From: Chiloscyllium plagiosum
Taxonomy: Eukaryota
DNA: 63,856 nt
Direction of reading: 5' to 3'
Assembly: GCF_004010195.1 (NCBI RefSeq)
Contig: NC_057750.1
Coordinates: forward strand, 9,434,062 to 9,497,917
Position numbers and translations under genes: made by a program. This document shows positions 63,048 to 63,856 of this stretch, in pieces; the stretch's first letter is position 1; every line of letters starts with the position of its first letter. Under the pieces are notes generated by a model. It ran no database searches. It saw only the letters and a program-made list of their open reading frames with translations, and had not been told where the DNA came from.

Positions 63048-63856
63048 CACACACACACACCTACACACACACCATACACATACACATACCCAAACACACA
63101 CACACACACCTACACACAGGGGACAGTGAGGGTCTGAGATACACACACACAGGGGACAGTGAGGGTCTGAGATATTTACACACACACACACGCAGGACAG
63201 TGAGGGTCAGAGATACACACACACACACAGACAGGGCAATGAGGGTCTGAGATACACACACACACACAGACAGGGCAGTGAGGGTCTGAGACACACACAC
63301 ACACACAGACAGGGCAGTGAGGGTCTGAGACACACACACACACACAGACAGGGCAGTGAGGGTCTGAGACACACACACACACACAGACAGGGCAGTGAGG
63401 GTCTGAGACACACACACACACACAGACAGGGCAGTGAGGGTCTGAGACACACACACACACACAGACAGGGCAGTGAGGGTCTGAGACACACACACACACA
63501 CAGACAGGGCAGTGAGGGTCTGAGACACACACACACACACAGACAGGGCAGTGAGGGTCTGAGACACACACACACACACAGACAGGGCAGTGAGGGTCTG
63601 AGACACACACACACACACAGACAGGGCAGTGAGGGTCTGAGACACACACACACACACAGACAGGGCAGTGAGGGTCTGAGACACACACACACACACAGAC
63701 AGGGCAGTGAGGGTCTGAGACACACACACACACACAGACAGGGCAGTGAGGGTCTGAGACACACACACACACACAGACAGGGCAGTGAGGGTCTGAGACA
63801 CACACACACACACAGACAGGGCAGTGAGGGTCTGAGATACACACACACACACACAC
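63048..63856. repeat. 39-bp minisatellite with (CA)n core, runs off the window
   Basis: Unit gacagggcagtgagggtctgaga(ca)8. Confidence 0.97.

Noticed and set aside
31760..63856. GNG8 or PTGIR expected downstream from human synteny
   Set aside because: No matching coding sequence recognised in the window.

Overview
Vertebrate genomic DNA, most likely from a cartilaginous fish (inferred from HE1-type V-SINEs and CR1/HER1-type LINEs). The one recognisable protein-coding gene is a Dapper-family gene, best matching DACT3, on the + strand. Its penultimate coding exon (23405-23569) and long terminal exon (28759-30776, ending in the PDZ-binding motif MTTV) are visible. The upstream coding exons are not visible and may lie in the assembly gaps (8735-8911, 10828-11327) or outside the window. 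Most of the rest is repeats: CR1 and L2 fragments, HE1 SINEs, a second SINE/LINE pair, DeuSINE-like remnants, two solo-LTR-like elements, several minisatellites and many short Penelope-like (PLE) insertions. The most striking pattern is in the PLE insertions: they carry minimal hammerhead ribozyme cores, are often palindromic, have 11-15 bp target-site duplications (TSDs), and are truncated or inverted almost exactly at the ribozyme. Also notable are an in-frame 6x8-aa repeat in DACT3 and low-confidence exon-like segments of an unidentified minus-strand transcript. Repeat boundaries are read by eye and approximate; family names come from recalled consensus features, not database searches.
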